This document shows positions 21,710 through 32,000 of a DNA stretch of 32,000 bases, in pieces. The stretch lies in assembly GCF_000283555.1 (NCBI RefSeq), contig NC_016012.1, forward strand, positions 390,001 through 422,000. Direction: 5' to 3'. The translations under genes and the position numbers were made by a program. The notes under the pieces are model-generated. The model did not search any database. It was not told the origin of the DNA and worked only from the letters and a program-made list of their open reading frames with translations. How positions within the stretch are numbered: the stretch's first letter is position 1; the number at the start of each line of letters is the position of its first letter. The stretch is from Candidatus Arthromitus sp. SFB-rat-Yit (lineage in GTDB: Bacteria; Bacillota; Clostridia; Clostridiales; Clostridiaceae).

Positions 21710-22222
21710 ATGAAAAAAGTTATAGAAGTTTTTGGAAATGACTTTTTGGAAGATTATTTATTGAAAGAAATTTGTTTTACTGATGGATCTCATAATAGCA
21801 TTTTATTTCATGATTGTACTGTAAAAAATAGGTTATTTAAACTTATTTTAGATTACTTTAATAAGGATTCTGTCTATGTAATAAGTGGGTTTAATATGAA
21901 GCCTTATTTAAATATAGTGGAAAATATATATGATATATTAAATATTGATTTAGATGTTGACATTTATAATAATTCTATTTTTGAAAATTACTGTAGTGTT
22001 TTAGGTTTTAAAACGATTAAGTTAGATTTTTATTTTTTGACTTATATGGATAAATTAAAAAGTATGATTATTGTAGCATTATTAAGCAAGAGTAAAATCA
22101 TATTATTTGACTGGAGTTATTCTGAAAATATGACAAAGTGTGCAAAAGAATTAATGAATAATATAAGTACTCTAAATTTATTTTTAGATAGAGTATTTAT
22201 TGAATTTAAAAAAGCAAGTTAA
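21710..22222 (+). CDS. Uncharacterised soluble protein (start refined from 21695)
   Basis: Intact ORF preceded by GAAAGGG and followed by a terminator; no recognised motif. Confidence 0.65.
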   Translation: MKKVIEVFGNDFLEDYLLKEICFTDGSHNSILFHDCTVKNRLFKLILDYFNKDSVYVISGFNMKPYLNIVENIYDILNIDLDVDIYNNSIFENYCSVLGFKTIKLDFYFLTYMDKLKSMIIVALLSKSKIILFDWSYSENMTKCAKELMNNISTLNLFLDRVFIEFKKAS

Positions 22223-22245
22223 CTTTTAATAGTAACTTGCTTTTT
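22209..22245. terminator. Bidirectional intrinsic terminator overlapping the convergent gene ends
   Basis: AAAAAGCAAGTTA (22209-22221) / TAACTTGCTTTTT (22233-22245), 13-bp stem with A-tract and T-tract. Confidence 0.88.
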
Positions 22246-23827
22246 GTGTTTTATAAATATTTGAGCAAAATATTGTAAGAAGGATTGATGTTAGAAATTT
22301 TGTTATTGAGTTTTTGTGCGTATCTAAAAAATTATTTTTGATTGATAAGTTTGCAAATGTTTGTACGGATTCATCATTATTTTGAAAATTATTTTTATTA
22401 TATTCCTTAATAACTGATTTAATTTCTTCTAATGAAAATTCTTTATTGTAGATAACTTTTGGGGATAATTTTTTTATTTTGATAAATTCTTTATACAATT
22501 CATCTACAGAAGTTTGAGGATCATCGAATGTATCACCGTATATTTGTATTAACATACCATCATAATCTTTTAATTTAGGATTATTTTTAAAATTTTCATA
22601 GAATAAATACATTGTACCTTGTTCACTTAGGTTGAAATATTTATTATCAAGTGAACATTTCAGGTCTAAATTTGTGTTATTGATTTGTTTTAACTTATAT
22701 CTTCCTTTTGGAAGATCACATATTTCTATTTTGTTCGACGCGTTATGATATAAACTTTTGATTAATTTATTATTTTGATAGAGATCGTATCTTATATTTT
22801 TTAAAATTGATTGATCATTTGTGTCAGTTGTTATAACCAATTGTTTATTAGTGTTTAAAAGTGATTTGTATAGTAAAGAGATGCAGTTTGATAAATTAGT
22901 TATTGATTTTTTTTCAATGTTATTTAATATATATTTTAAATTATCTTTGGATGAATGAATAACCATTCCGAATTCTTTATTTCTATATCTAGGATATCCA
23001 GTATTTAGATTTATATCGTCCCAACTTGTAGATTCAAAATATGCAAAAGGTATTCCTTCATATTTAAAGTAAACATGATCACTATAATCATAACAATCAC
23101 CTTCTAAAATTGAGATCTTATTAATGTCACTTGATATTAATTCAGGACTAGTTTTTATATCTATGTTTTCATTTTTTGAAGTCTTAAGAATTTCATCTCT
23201 AAACCATCCCTTATTTCCGTTATTTCCATATATGTAAAGATTATCTCCAGTTAATATGCTGTCAATATTTATGTACAAGAGAGTATTTAGTTTTTCATCA
23301 TTATTCATGTTTTTAACATAATATCTAGAGCCAAATAAACCTAATTCTTCTGCATCAAATGCTATAAATTTTATGCTGTAAGGTAATGTTATGTTATTTA
23401 ATTTTTGTGCTAGCTCTAGAAGCACAGATACACCTGATGCGTTATCATCAGCTCCATTTGATGAAGTGGAGTCGTAATGAGCACCTATGATTATTTGGCT
23501 ATTGTTTATACCTTTTTTAAAAGCGATGATATTTTTTGATGTTGTATTTTTTGAATCAATAAGAGGCCAACTAAAAACTTGTTCTTGAACTTCATAACCA
23601 TATTTTTGAAATTCATTCTTGATATATTTTTGGGCGTTTATTATTGATTTTGTTCCGCTTATGCGAGGAGTTTTAGATAAATGGGAAATATGTTTTATTG
23701 CAACTTTTCCAAATGTTAATTTATTTTGTGAATAGGGGTAAGTTTTAATAAGTGTTAAATTTGAGATTGTAAATATGGAAAGCAATAATATGCTTAGAAA
23801 TTTAAAAATAATTTTAAAATTTTTCAT
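22226..23827 (-). CDS. Secreted M28-family zinc aminopeptidase with a C-terminal extension
   Basis: Signal peptide; IIIGAHYDS, GADDNASGVSVLLELA, FIAFDAEELGLFGSRYY, SDHVYF metal/catalytic motifs. Confidence 0.92.
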   Translation of the reverse strand: MKNFKIIFKFLSILLLSIFTISNLTLIKTYPYSQNKLTFGKVAIKHISHLSKTPRISGTKSIINAQKYIKNEFQKYGYEVQEQVFSWPLIDSKNTTSKNIIAFKKGINNSQIIIGAHYDSTSSNGADDNASGVSVLLELAQKLNNITLPYSIKFIAFDAEELGLFGSRYYVKNMNNDEKLNTLLYINIDSILTGDNLYIYGNNGNKGWFRDEILKTSKNENIDIKTSPELISSDINKISILEGDCYDYSDHVYFKYEGIPFAYFESTSWDDINLNTGYPRYRNKEFGMVIHSSKDNLKYILNNIEKKSITNLSNCISLLYKSLLNTNKQLVITTDTNDQSILKNIRYDLYQNNKLIKSLYHNASNKIEICDLPKGRYKLKQINNTNLDLKCSLDNKYFNLSEQGTMYLFYENFKNNPKLKDYDGMLIQIYGDTFDDPQTSVDELYKEFIKIKKLSPKVIYNKEFSLEEIKSVIKEYNKNNFQNNDESVQTFANLSIKNNFLDTHKNSITKFLTSILLTIFCSNIYKTQKASYY

Positions 23828-23896
23828 TTTAATATCTCCTTGAGGATTTATGTATTAAGTATAGTTTTAGTATTTTTTTATAAAAAATTATTTTTT

Positions 23897-23953
23897 ATGG
23901 TAAATATTTATTGAATTTTATATTTACCATGATATTAGTTTGTGTTACCATGA
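23897..23953. promoter_or_regulatory. Candidate operator array: inverted ATGGTAAAT/ATTTACCAT plus a third TTACCATGA half-site
   Basis: ATGGTAAAT 23897-23905, ATTTACCAT 23922-23930, TTACCATGA repeated at 23924-23932 and 23945-23953 (21-bp phase) in a divergent intergenic region. Confidence 0.5.
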
Positions 23954-23986
23954 AATTATTTAATTTATTGAGAGGATAATTTTTAA

Positions 23987-24172
23987 GTGTTTAAAAGGTT
24001 TACTTTTAAAAAAAATAAGAGCAGATTCATAGCTTATGTTTCCTTTTTAATATTGAATTTTGGATTATTGATTTTTTCTATGTTTAAAAAGGATAAAAGC
24101 ATATTATTTATATCAGCTTTAATTTTAATTTTGTATTTTATATTTTTGATTAAAAATTTATATAAAAAGTAA
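23987..24172 (+). CDS. Small membrane protein, two predicted TM segments
   Basis: 61 aa, GTG start with SD GAGAGGA, hydrophobic profile, immediately upstream of cyclophilin. Confidence 0.6.
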   Translation: MFKRFTFKKNKSRFIAYVSFLILNFGLLIFSMFKKDKSILFISALILILYFIFLIKNLYKK

Positions 24173-24188
24173 TATGGAGGTTTATAGT

Positions 24189-24716
24189 ATGAACAAAAAT
24201 CCTGTTGGAGTTATTAAAATAAAAAATTTTGGGGAAGTTAAATTTGAATTATACCCAGAAGTTGCACCAATTACGGTTACAAACTTTATAGATCTAGTAA
24301 ATAATGGATATTATACCGGTTTAACTTTTCACAGAATTATAAAAGGGTTTGTAATTCAAGGAGGATGTCCATTAGGATCAGGAATAGGAGGACCAGGTTA
24401 CTCAATAAAAGGTGAATTTAAGATAAATGGAGTTGAAAATAATATAAAGCATGAACTTGGAGTCTTGTCTATGGCAAGGGCGAATGATCCGAATTCTGGA
24501 GGAAGTCAATTTTTTATAATGCTAGGTAATGCTCCGCATTTAGATGGAAGTTATGCAGCATTTGGAAAAGTTATTGATGGAATAGATATTATTTTAAATA
24601 TTGGAGATGAGGAAGTGTTTGGTGATACTCCCAAAAATAAACCAGTTATTGATAAGATAGAGATCGACACTTTTGGGGTAGATTACGTATTATCTAAGGA
24701 ACAAAAAATTAAGTAA
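24189..24716 (+). CDS. Cyclophilin-type peptidyl-prolyl cis-trans isomerase (start refined from 24174)
   Basis: ITVTNFIDLVNNGYYTGLTFHRIIKGFVIQGG ... LSMARANDPNSGGSQFFIMLGNAPHLDGSYAAFGKV. Confidence 0.96.
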   Translation: MNKNPVGVIKIKNFGEVKFELYPEVAPITVTNFIDLVNNGYYTGLTFHRIIKGFVIQGGCPLGSGIGGPGYSIKGEFKINGVENNIKHELGVLSMARANDPNSGGSQFFIMLGNAPHLDGSYAAFGKVIDGIDIILNIGDEEVFGDTPKNKPVIDKIEIDTFGVDYVLSKEQKIK

Positions 24717-24733
24717 TATAGAGGTGTTAGTTT

Positions 24734-26668
24734 ATGATAGAAATTATTCTTAAGGATGGATCCAAGAAAGAAATAGATACTCCTATAAGTGTAATTGATT
24801 TTGCAAGATCTATTAGTAATGGATTAGCAAATGCTGCCACATGTGCTGAAGTTGACGGGAAAATTGTAGATTTGAGATATATAATTGAAAGAAATTGTAG
24901 TTTGAATATATTAACATTTAATGATGAAAATGGGAAGCAAGCATTTTGGCATACAACAAGTCATGTATTAGCACAAGCAGTTAAAAGATTGTTTACTAAT
25001 GTAAAAATTGCGATAGGACCTAGTATTGATAATGGATTTTACTATGATTTTGATATAGATACTCCTTTCACGCAAGAGGATTTAAATAAAATCGAAGAAG
25101 AAATGAAAAAGATAGTTAAGGAAGGTTTATCGATCGATAGGTTTGTTTTAAATAAGGATGAAGCAATTGACAAGATGAGTAAATGTAATGAAACTTATAA
25201 AGTTGAACTTATAAATGATATAAGCTCTGATTGTGAAATTTCTTTCTATAGACAAGGTGAGTTTGAGGATTTATGTTCAGGACCTCATTTATTATCTACA
25301 AAACATATTAAAGCAATTAAGCTATTAAGTTCTACTGGAGCTTATTGGAGAGGGAATGAAAAAAATAAAATGCTTACTCGTGTTTATGGTATATCATTTC
25401 CTAAAGCTAGTATGTTGACGGAGTATTTAGAAAAACTTGAGGATGCGAAGAGGAGAGATCATAACAAAATAGGAAGAGAACTTGAATTTTTTACTACAAA
25501 TGAATTTATAGGTCAAGGATTACCACTTCTTATGCCTAAAGGGGCAAAACTTATGCAAATTCTTCAAAGATTTGTTGAAGATGAGGAGGAGAAGAGAGGG
25601 TATGTTCTCACAAGGACTCCTACATTTGCTAAGAGTGATTTATATAAAATATCTGGACATTGGGATCATTATAGAGATGGAATGTTTATTTTGGGAGATG
25701 AAGAAAAAGATACAGAAGTGTTTGCTTTAAGACCAATGACTTGTCCATTTCAATTTATGATATATAAAGCATCTCCTAAAAGTTATAGGGATCTTCCTAT
25801 AAGATATGGTGAAACTGCAGTTCTTAGTAGAAATGAGTCATCCGGAGAAATGCATGGACTTATACGTGTTAGACAATTTACTTTATCAGATGGACATATA
25901 GTCTGCACAAATGATCAGCTTGAGGATGAATTTAGAGCAGCTGTAGATTTAGTAAAATATATAATGGAATGCCTTGGTATTAGTGAAGATGTTAGCTATA
26001 GATTTTCAAAATGGGATAGTAAAAATAAAGATAAGTATATAGGCGAGGAAGAGGTATGGGAAGAAACTCAGCGTAATATGAAGCAAATACTTGATAATTT
26101 GAATTTAAACTATAAAGAACAAGAAGGAGAAGCGGCATTTTATGGACCGAAGCTTGATATACAATTTAAGAATGTTCATGGTAAGGAAGATACAATAATA
26201 ACAATTCAGATAGATTTTAGCTTAGCAGAGAGATTTGGAATGTTTTACATAGATTCAGATGGCAAGAAAAAACATCCAATGATAATACATAGAAGTTCCA
26301 TAGGATGTTATGAGAGAACAATTGCTATGCTTATTGAAAAATATGCAGGAGCTCTTCCAGCTTGGTTGAGCCCAACTCAAGTTAAGGTATTACCAATATC
26401 TGAAAAATTTAATGATTATGCAAAGGAAGTTACAGATAAACTCAAGAATTTTGGAATTAGAGTTGGATGTGATTACAGGTATGAAAAAATAGGATATAAA
26501 ATAAGGGAAGCAAGGATGGAGAAGATTCCGTATTTATTAATAGTTGGGGAAAAAGAGCAAGAATCTGGAGGCGTATCTGTCAGAGATAGAGTTAATGGAG
26601 ATATAGGTATTTTAAAATTAGATGAATTTATAAATAATATAAATGAGGAAATAGTTAATAAAAAATAG
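24734..26668 (+). CDS. thrS: Threonyl-tRNA synthetase
   Basis: TGS domain, HxxxH (TTSHVLAQAVKRLF), LPLLMPKGA, MTCPFQFMIY, class II motifs RNESSGEMHGLIRVRQFT, anticodon-binding C-terminus. Confidence 0.98.
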   Translation: MIEIILKDGSKKEIDTPISVIDFARSISNGLANAATCAEVDGKIVDLRYIIERNCSLNILTFNDENGKQAFWHTTSHVLAQAVKRLFTNVKIAIGPSIDNGFYYDFDIDTPFTQEDLNKIEEEMKKIVKEGLSIDRFVLNKDEAIDKMSKCNETYKVELINDISSDCEISFYRQGEFEDLCSGPHLLSTKHIKAIKLLSSTGAYWRGNEKNKMLTRVYGISFPKASMLTEYLEKLEDAKRRDHNKIGRELEFFTTNEFIGQGLPLLMPKGAKLMQILQRFVEDEEEKRGYVLTRTPTFAKSDLYKISGHWDHYRDGMFILGDEEKDTEVFALRPMTCPFQFMIYKASPKSYRDLPIRYGETAVLSRNESSGEMHGLIRVRQFTLSDGHIVCTNDQLEDEFRAAVDLVKYIMECLGISEDVSYRFSKWDSKNKDKYIGEEEVWEETQRNMKQILDNLNLNYKEQEGEAAFYGPKLDIQFKNVHGKEDTIITIQIDFSLAERFGMFYIDSDGKKKHPMIIHRSSIGCYERTIAMLIEKYAGALPAWLSPTQVKVLPISEKFNDYAKEVTDKLKNFGIRVGCDYRYEKIGYKIREARMEKIPYLLIVGEKEQESGGVSVRDRVNGDIGILKLDEFINNINEEIVNKK

Positions 26669-26799
26669 TAAAATATATTTTTAGATTTATAATTTTATTA
26701 ATTATATTTAAAATAGTATAAAACTTGAGTAAAATATTGAAAATATGTAATAATTTTAAAAAAATAACTAATTTTGGTATTTAAATTAATTTGTAATTT

Positions 26800-26827
26800 T
26801 TGATTTATTTAATTATATTAATATCAT
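26800..26827 (+). promoter_or_regulatory. Putative sigma-A promoter of groESL: TTGATT (26800-26805), 16-nt spacer, TATCAT (26822-26827)
   Basis: Consensus-like spacing immediately upstream of CIRCE. Confidence 0.5.
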
Positions 26828-26830
26828 ACT

Positions 26831-26857
26831 TTAGCACACTTGGTAAATGAGTGCTAA
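26831..26857. promoter_or_regulatory. CIRCE operator (HrcA binding site)
   Basis: TTAGCACAC-TTGGTAAAT-GAGTGCTAA, one mismatch to TTAGCACTC-N9-GAGTGCTAA. Confidence 0.95.
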
Positions 26858-26889
26858 TTGATTATGTTTATAATAGGAGGTTGTATTTT

Positions 26890-27177
26890 ATGAATATAAG
26901 ACCACTTGCGGATAGAGTTGTTCTTAAGAGATTAGAAGCTGAAGAGAAAACAAAATCAGGAATAGTTTTAGCAGGAAGTGCTAAGGAAAAGCCGCAGGAA
27001 GCAGAAGTTATAGCTGTTGGATCAGGAGGATTTACAACAGATGGTAAAGAGATAAAAATGGAAGTTAAAGTTGGAGATAAAGTTTTGATTTCCAAGTATT
27101 CAGGGACTGAAGTTAAAGTTGATAAAGAAGAATATATAATAGTTAAACAAGAGGATATATTGGCTGTTGTTGAATAA
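26890..27177 (+). CDS. groES: Co-chaperonin GroES (start refined from 26851)
   Basis: [27 protein letters not shown]; SD AGGAGG; CIRCE upstream. Confidence 0.98.
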   Translation: MNIRPLADRVVLKRLEAEEKTKSGIVLAGSAKEKPQEAEVIAVGSGGFTTDGKEIKMEVKVGDKVLISKYSGTEVKVDKEEYIIVKQEDILAVVE

Positions 27178-27191
27178 ATTTTTGGAGGTAA

Positions 27192-28822
<1,631 letters not shown>

Positions 28823-28823
<1 letters not shown>

Positions 28824-28857
28824 AAAGGTTTGGATTTATCCAAACCTTTTCTTTTTT
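28823..28857 (+). terminator. Intrinsic terminator after groEL
   Basis: AAAAGGTTTGG-ATTTAT-CCAAACCTTTT stem-loop followed by CTTTTTT. Confidence 0.9.
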
Positions 28858-28878
28858 GTTTGTAATAAAAATTTTAAT

Positions 28879-29907
28879 ATGACACAAATTAATAGTATTA
28901 ATTTATATGATTTGTTTAGAGGAGAGAGATTATTGTTTAAGAAAATTTTGAAAAAAAATGGTAATAAGAAGAAAGTAGAGCACGATAAGGAAGTAATTAA
29001 TAAAAGTGATAAAGAAGAGAATAATGATGAGAAGTTAAATAACAATCATATTAATGAAAATAAAAATTATTTTGAAGATGTTAGGAAAACTTTATTAAAT
29101 ATTGATACAAAGAATGTAGAGTTTAATGAGAAAGCAGATAAAATTTTAAAATATGCTAATTCTCAGAATAATATGTTTGATACATTAGAAAAGAAGGCAA
29201 TAGATAGAGTAGATGATTATAGAAATTTAAATCAAACAATATCTGATATTTTTAAAATTATAAAAGATGAAGAAATATTAGTATCAGAAGGTGAAGACAA
29301 AATTGTATTTTTGATATCTAATGTTGATAAATTAATTCAGAATTTTTCAAATATTAGTAGGGTATTTGGAAGTTTGAACAATAAGATAACTGAGATAAAT
29401 AAATTTACAGAGGTTATAAATAAAATTTCAAGTCAAACTAATCTTTTAGCACTTAATGCATCTATTGAAGCTGCTAGAGCAGGTGAAGCTGGTAAAGGAT
29501 TTGCTGTTGTTGCTGACGAGGTAAGAAAATTAGCTGAAGAAACTAAGAAAGCATCGGAACATATAAATAAAACTATAGATGAAATAACTAATGAAACAGA
29601 AGAAATTTCTTATGAGATGATGCAAAATATATCGGATGTAAATGTAATAAAGGAATCTTCAGAAAAAACTTTTAATATGTTAGCTTCTTTAAAGCAAACG
29701 AGTTATAAAAAATATACTCAAATAGAGTTAGTTAGAGATAAATTACAAGAATTGAAAAGTATTATGCAATCTATGTCTGGAGAATTTTCAAAAATAAAAG
29801 AGGTATTTGGACTCAAGGAAGAAATAATAAAAGATATTTTGGAACTTTGCGTTTATTATGTTGATAAATTGGAGTTGTTAAAAGAAATATTAGAAAAAAA
29901 TGACTAA
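28879..29907 (+). CDS. Soluble methyl-accepting chemotaxis-type signalling protein lacking obvious TM/periplasmic segments (start ATG 28879 or TTG 28933; track start 28753 lies inside groEL)
   Basis: [54 protein letters not shown] signalling-tip signature. Confidence 0.85.
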   Translation: MTQINSINLYDLFRGERLLFKKILKKNGNKKKVEHDKEVINKSDKEENNDEKLNNNHINENKNYFEDVRKTLLNIDTKNVEFNEKADKILKYANSQNNMFDTLEKKAIDRVDDYRNLNQTISDIFKIIKDEEILVSEGEDKIVFLISNVDKLIQNFSNISRVFGSLNNKITEINKFTEVINKISSQTNLLALNASIEAARAGEAGKGFAVVADEVRKLAEETKKASEHINKTIDEITNETEEISYEMMQNISDVNVIKESSEKTFNMLASLKQTSYKKYTQIELVRDKLQELKSIMQSMSGEFSKIKEVFGLKEEIIKDILELCVYYVDKLELLKEILEKND

Positions 29908-29991
29908 AGATGTCTACATAAAATTGAATAATAAATGTATTTTGTTGAAAATATTTAAATATTATGGATATTTAAATAGGGGGTAAACAAA

Positions 29992-30384
29992 ATGAAATTT
30001 AAAAATAGAAAAAAGAATGGATTTAGTATTATAGAGGTCATGGTATCATTTGTTATCATAATTATAATAGTACTTTTGATAGGACCTAATCTATTTTCTA
30101 CATATGAAAGGTCTAAAGAGATGTCTAAGGTAAGTGATGCAAGCGCTATAGTTAATGCTACTGATATGCACAATTTAAATAGATTCATGGAAGGAGAAAT
30201 TGAGGCAATTTCAGACAATATTACAATGTCTGAACTTCGTCAAATTAATGAACAATATAAGTATTTAAATAATTGGCCTAAATGGGTGACTGATTCCATG
30301 ACATTAAAAGATATTAAAGATATAGCAAATAATAATTTAGTTAATAAAAGTACTATATCTAGAGCAATTGATAACAGAGTGTAA
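29992..30384 (+). CDS. Type IV pilin-like protein with a class III prepilin signal
   Basis: MKFKNRKKNG/FSIIEVMVSFVIIIIIVLLIGPNL: Gly-1, Phe+1, Glu+5 and a hydrophobic helix; SD GGGGG. Confidence 0.85.
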   Translation: MKFKNRKKNGFSIIEVMVSFVIIIIIVLLIGPNLFSTYERSKEMSKVSDASAIVNATDMHNLNRFMEGEIEAISDNITMSELRQINEQYKYLNNWPKWVTDSMTLKDIKDIANNNLVNKSTISRAIDNRV

Positions 30385-30385
30385 T

Positions 30386-31084
30386 ATGAAATTAGGAATA
30401 TATATTTACATATTGTTGAGCACTGTAATGAGTGCGATGTTAAATTTTTTAATTCTAAAAATTATAGGTAATTTAGATTATAAAATTTTTGGATTAAAAG
30501 ATAAGAATGCTTCTATATTTGTAATATATAGAGGTATTTTTAAAGATAAAATATTATTATTTAGAATTTGTATTTGCAGTGTATTATTTATAATATTTAA
30601 TACTATAATTTTATTTAAAATTTTAGATAAATTCAGTTTTATAATGATTTATACATATTTAAAATATTATTATTTATTTTTAGTGATTTATATATTTGCT
30701 TTTATAGATTATATAACGTACTATGTTTATACGATTTTGTCATATCCAATAATTATATTTTCTTTAGTTATGTTTATATTGTCGTTTTTAGATTCAAGAA
30801 ATATTAAAATCAATTTAGAAACTATAATTTTAATAGGATTTTTATATTTATTGATAAATAAATTTAAATTTCTAGGTGAAGGTGATTTCGATATATTATT
30901 AATAGTAGCTTTGACTTTAGGAGTTTTACCTACAATATTTATTTTTTATTTATCAATAATTATGTCCGGGATAATAGGTATTGGGATTTTATTTAAGAAT
31001 TGTTTTAAATTGCAAAATAATAGATTAGCATTTGTCCCGTTTATTTTTATAGCAACTACAGTTTTTATAGCCCTAAAAGTATAA
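30386..31084 (+). CDS. A24-type prepilin peptidase-like membrane protein lacking a zinc/methylase N-terminal domain (start refined from 30368)
   Basis: Aspartate-containing motif FIDYITYY and GEGDFDILLIVALTLG (GxGD-type), ending RLAFVPFIFIATTVFI; polytopic. Confidence 0.8.
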   Translation: MKLGIYIYILLSTVMSAMLNFLILKIIGNLDYKIFGLKDKNASIFVIYRGIFKDKILLFRICICSVLFIIFNTIILFKILDKFSFIMIYTYLKYYYLFLVIYIFAFIDYITYYVYTILSYPIIIFSLVMFILSFLDSRNIKINLETIILIGFLYLLINKFKFLGEGDFDILLIVALTLGVLPTIFIFYLSIIMSGIIGIGILFKNCFKLQNNRLAFVPFIFIATTVFIALKV

Positions 31085-31314
31085 ATATTAATTTATTTTA
31101 ATTAATATTTAAATATTAGATTGAAACCTAATTATATAAGTAGTATAATTGTATAAATATACTTTGATTGTATAATTGAAAATTAGATTTTTATCTGTTA
31201 ATATTTAGGGTTATTTGAGAGGATATTTGTTAATGTAAATAATTAAATAGTTACATAGAAATTTATATAGAAAAATTATTTTTGAATTGTATAATTTAAA
31301 AACTGGCTATCTGG

Positions 31315-31377
31315 ATGCCCTTATTAACGTATTACTTTGATTAAATTGTAGTAAGTTAATACTGTGGCATTTTTTTA
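31315..31377 (+). terminator. Strong hairpin plus U-tract in the leader of the oppB-like gene, a candidate attenuator
   Basis: ATGCC (31315-31319)/GGCAT (31366-31370) outer stem; inner TTAACGTATTAC/GTAGTAAGTTAA with one mismatch and one G-U; followed by TTTTTTT. Confidence 0.65.
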
Positions 31378-31400
31378 TTAATATTTAGGTGGTGTACTTG

Positions 31401-32000
31401 ATGAAGCAATATATAATAAGGAGATTACTCTTATTTATACCAATAATACTTGGGATATCATTCATTTTATTTTTTTTATATGTGTCATCGCCAGGTGACC
31501 CATTATCAGGGATAATAGCAACACAACCTGGTATAACACCGGAAAGAATACAGGAGTTGAGAACTCTTTATGGACTTGATGGAAGTATTATTCAGAGGTA
31601 TTTTAACTGGTTGAAAAATGCGATAAGATTTGATTTTGGAGTATCTCTCAATTATAGAGAACCTGTTAGTTCGATATTAGGTGTGTATATTTGGAATTCA
31701 TTTTATTTAAATGTATTGTCATTTTTATTTTCAGTATTTGTGTCAATTCCATTAGGGATATATATATCAACAAAACATGGTAAAGCATTAGATAAATTTG
31801 TGCTTACTTTTTCATTGTTATTTACATCATTACCAACTTTTGTTTTAGGTATTATCGCTATAAAATATGTGGCACCTTTACTTGGATTACCAATTATAGG
31901 TATGACGACCATAGGAAGTAATTATGTAGGGTTTGCTTATATAAAAGATGTCTTACTTCATACAGCCTTACCTTTTATAATTTTAAGTTTATTTAGTTTA
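31401..32000 (+). CDS. OppB/DppB-type oligopeptide ABC transporter permease, truncated by the window end
   Basis: MKQYIIRRLLLLFIPILLGISFILFFLYVSSPGDP ... ELRTLYGLDGSIIQRYFNWLKNAIRFDFGVSL; open to the window edge and absent from the ORF track. Confidence 0.93.
   Translation, partial: MKQYIIRRLLLFIPIILGISFILFFLYVSSPGDPLSGIIATQPGITPERIQELRTLYGLDGSIIQRYFNWLKNAIRFDFGVSLNYREPVSSILGVYIWNSFYLNVLSFLFSVFVSIPLGIYISTKHGKALDKFVLTFSLLFTSLPTFVLGIIAIKYVAPLLGLPIIGMTTIGSNYVGFAYIKDVLLHTALPFIILSLFSL

Overview
AT-rich, gene-dense chromosomal window with the look of a spore-forming low-GC Clostridia-type Firmicute (inference; no taxonomic search was possible). Left to right: partial unknown ORF; shape/division cluster mreB-mreC-mreD-mrdA(PBP2)-minC-minD-minE-rodA; an M50 SpoIVFB-like protease; rplU-prp-rpmA; obgE-nadD-yqeK; an RluD-family pseudouridine synthase; a convergent D-Ala-D-Ala carboxypeptidase; comEA-like gene; a complete selenocysteine-decoding operon selD-selA-selB; two unknown ORFs; a convergent secreted M28 peptidase; a small membrane protein, cyclophilin and thrS; CIRCE-groES-groEL; a methyl-accepting-chemotaxis-type signalling protein; a type IV pilin-like/prepilin-peptidase pair; and the start of an OppB/DppB-type ABC permease. 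The clearest correction to the ORF track is that selD starts at 16469, not 16643. It carries an in-frame UGA (Sec16, motif SGUGAKI) followed by a bacterial SECIS-like hairpin, so SelD is itself a selenoprotein. Other second-look items: the PBP2 gene appears to lack a canonical start codon at the position favoured by its Shine-Dalgarno (AUA candidate); a triple TTACCATGA-type site lies in a divergent intergenic region; a strong hairpin plus U-tract precedes the oppB-like gene; a two-gene pilin/prepilin peptidase unit lacks visible assembly genes; and two uncharacterised ORFs follow selB. I found no mobile element, CRISPR array, tRNA or rRNA, and no clear evidence of a wholly new defence or mobile system.
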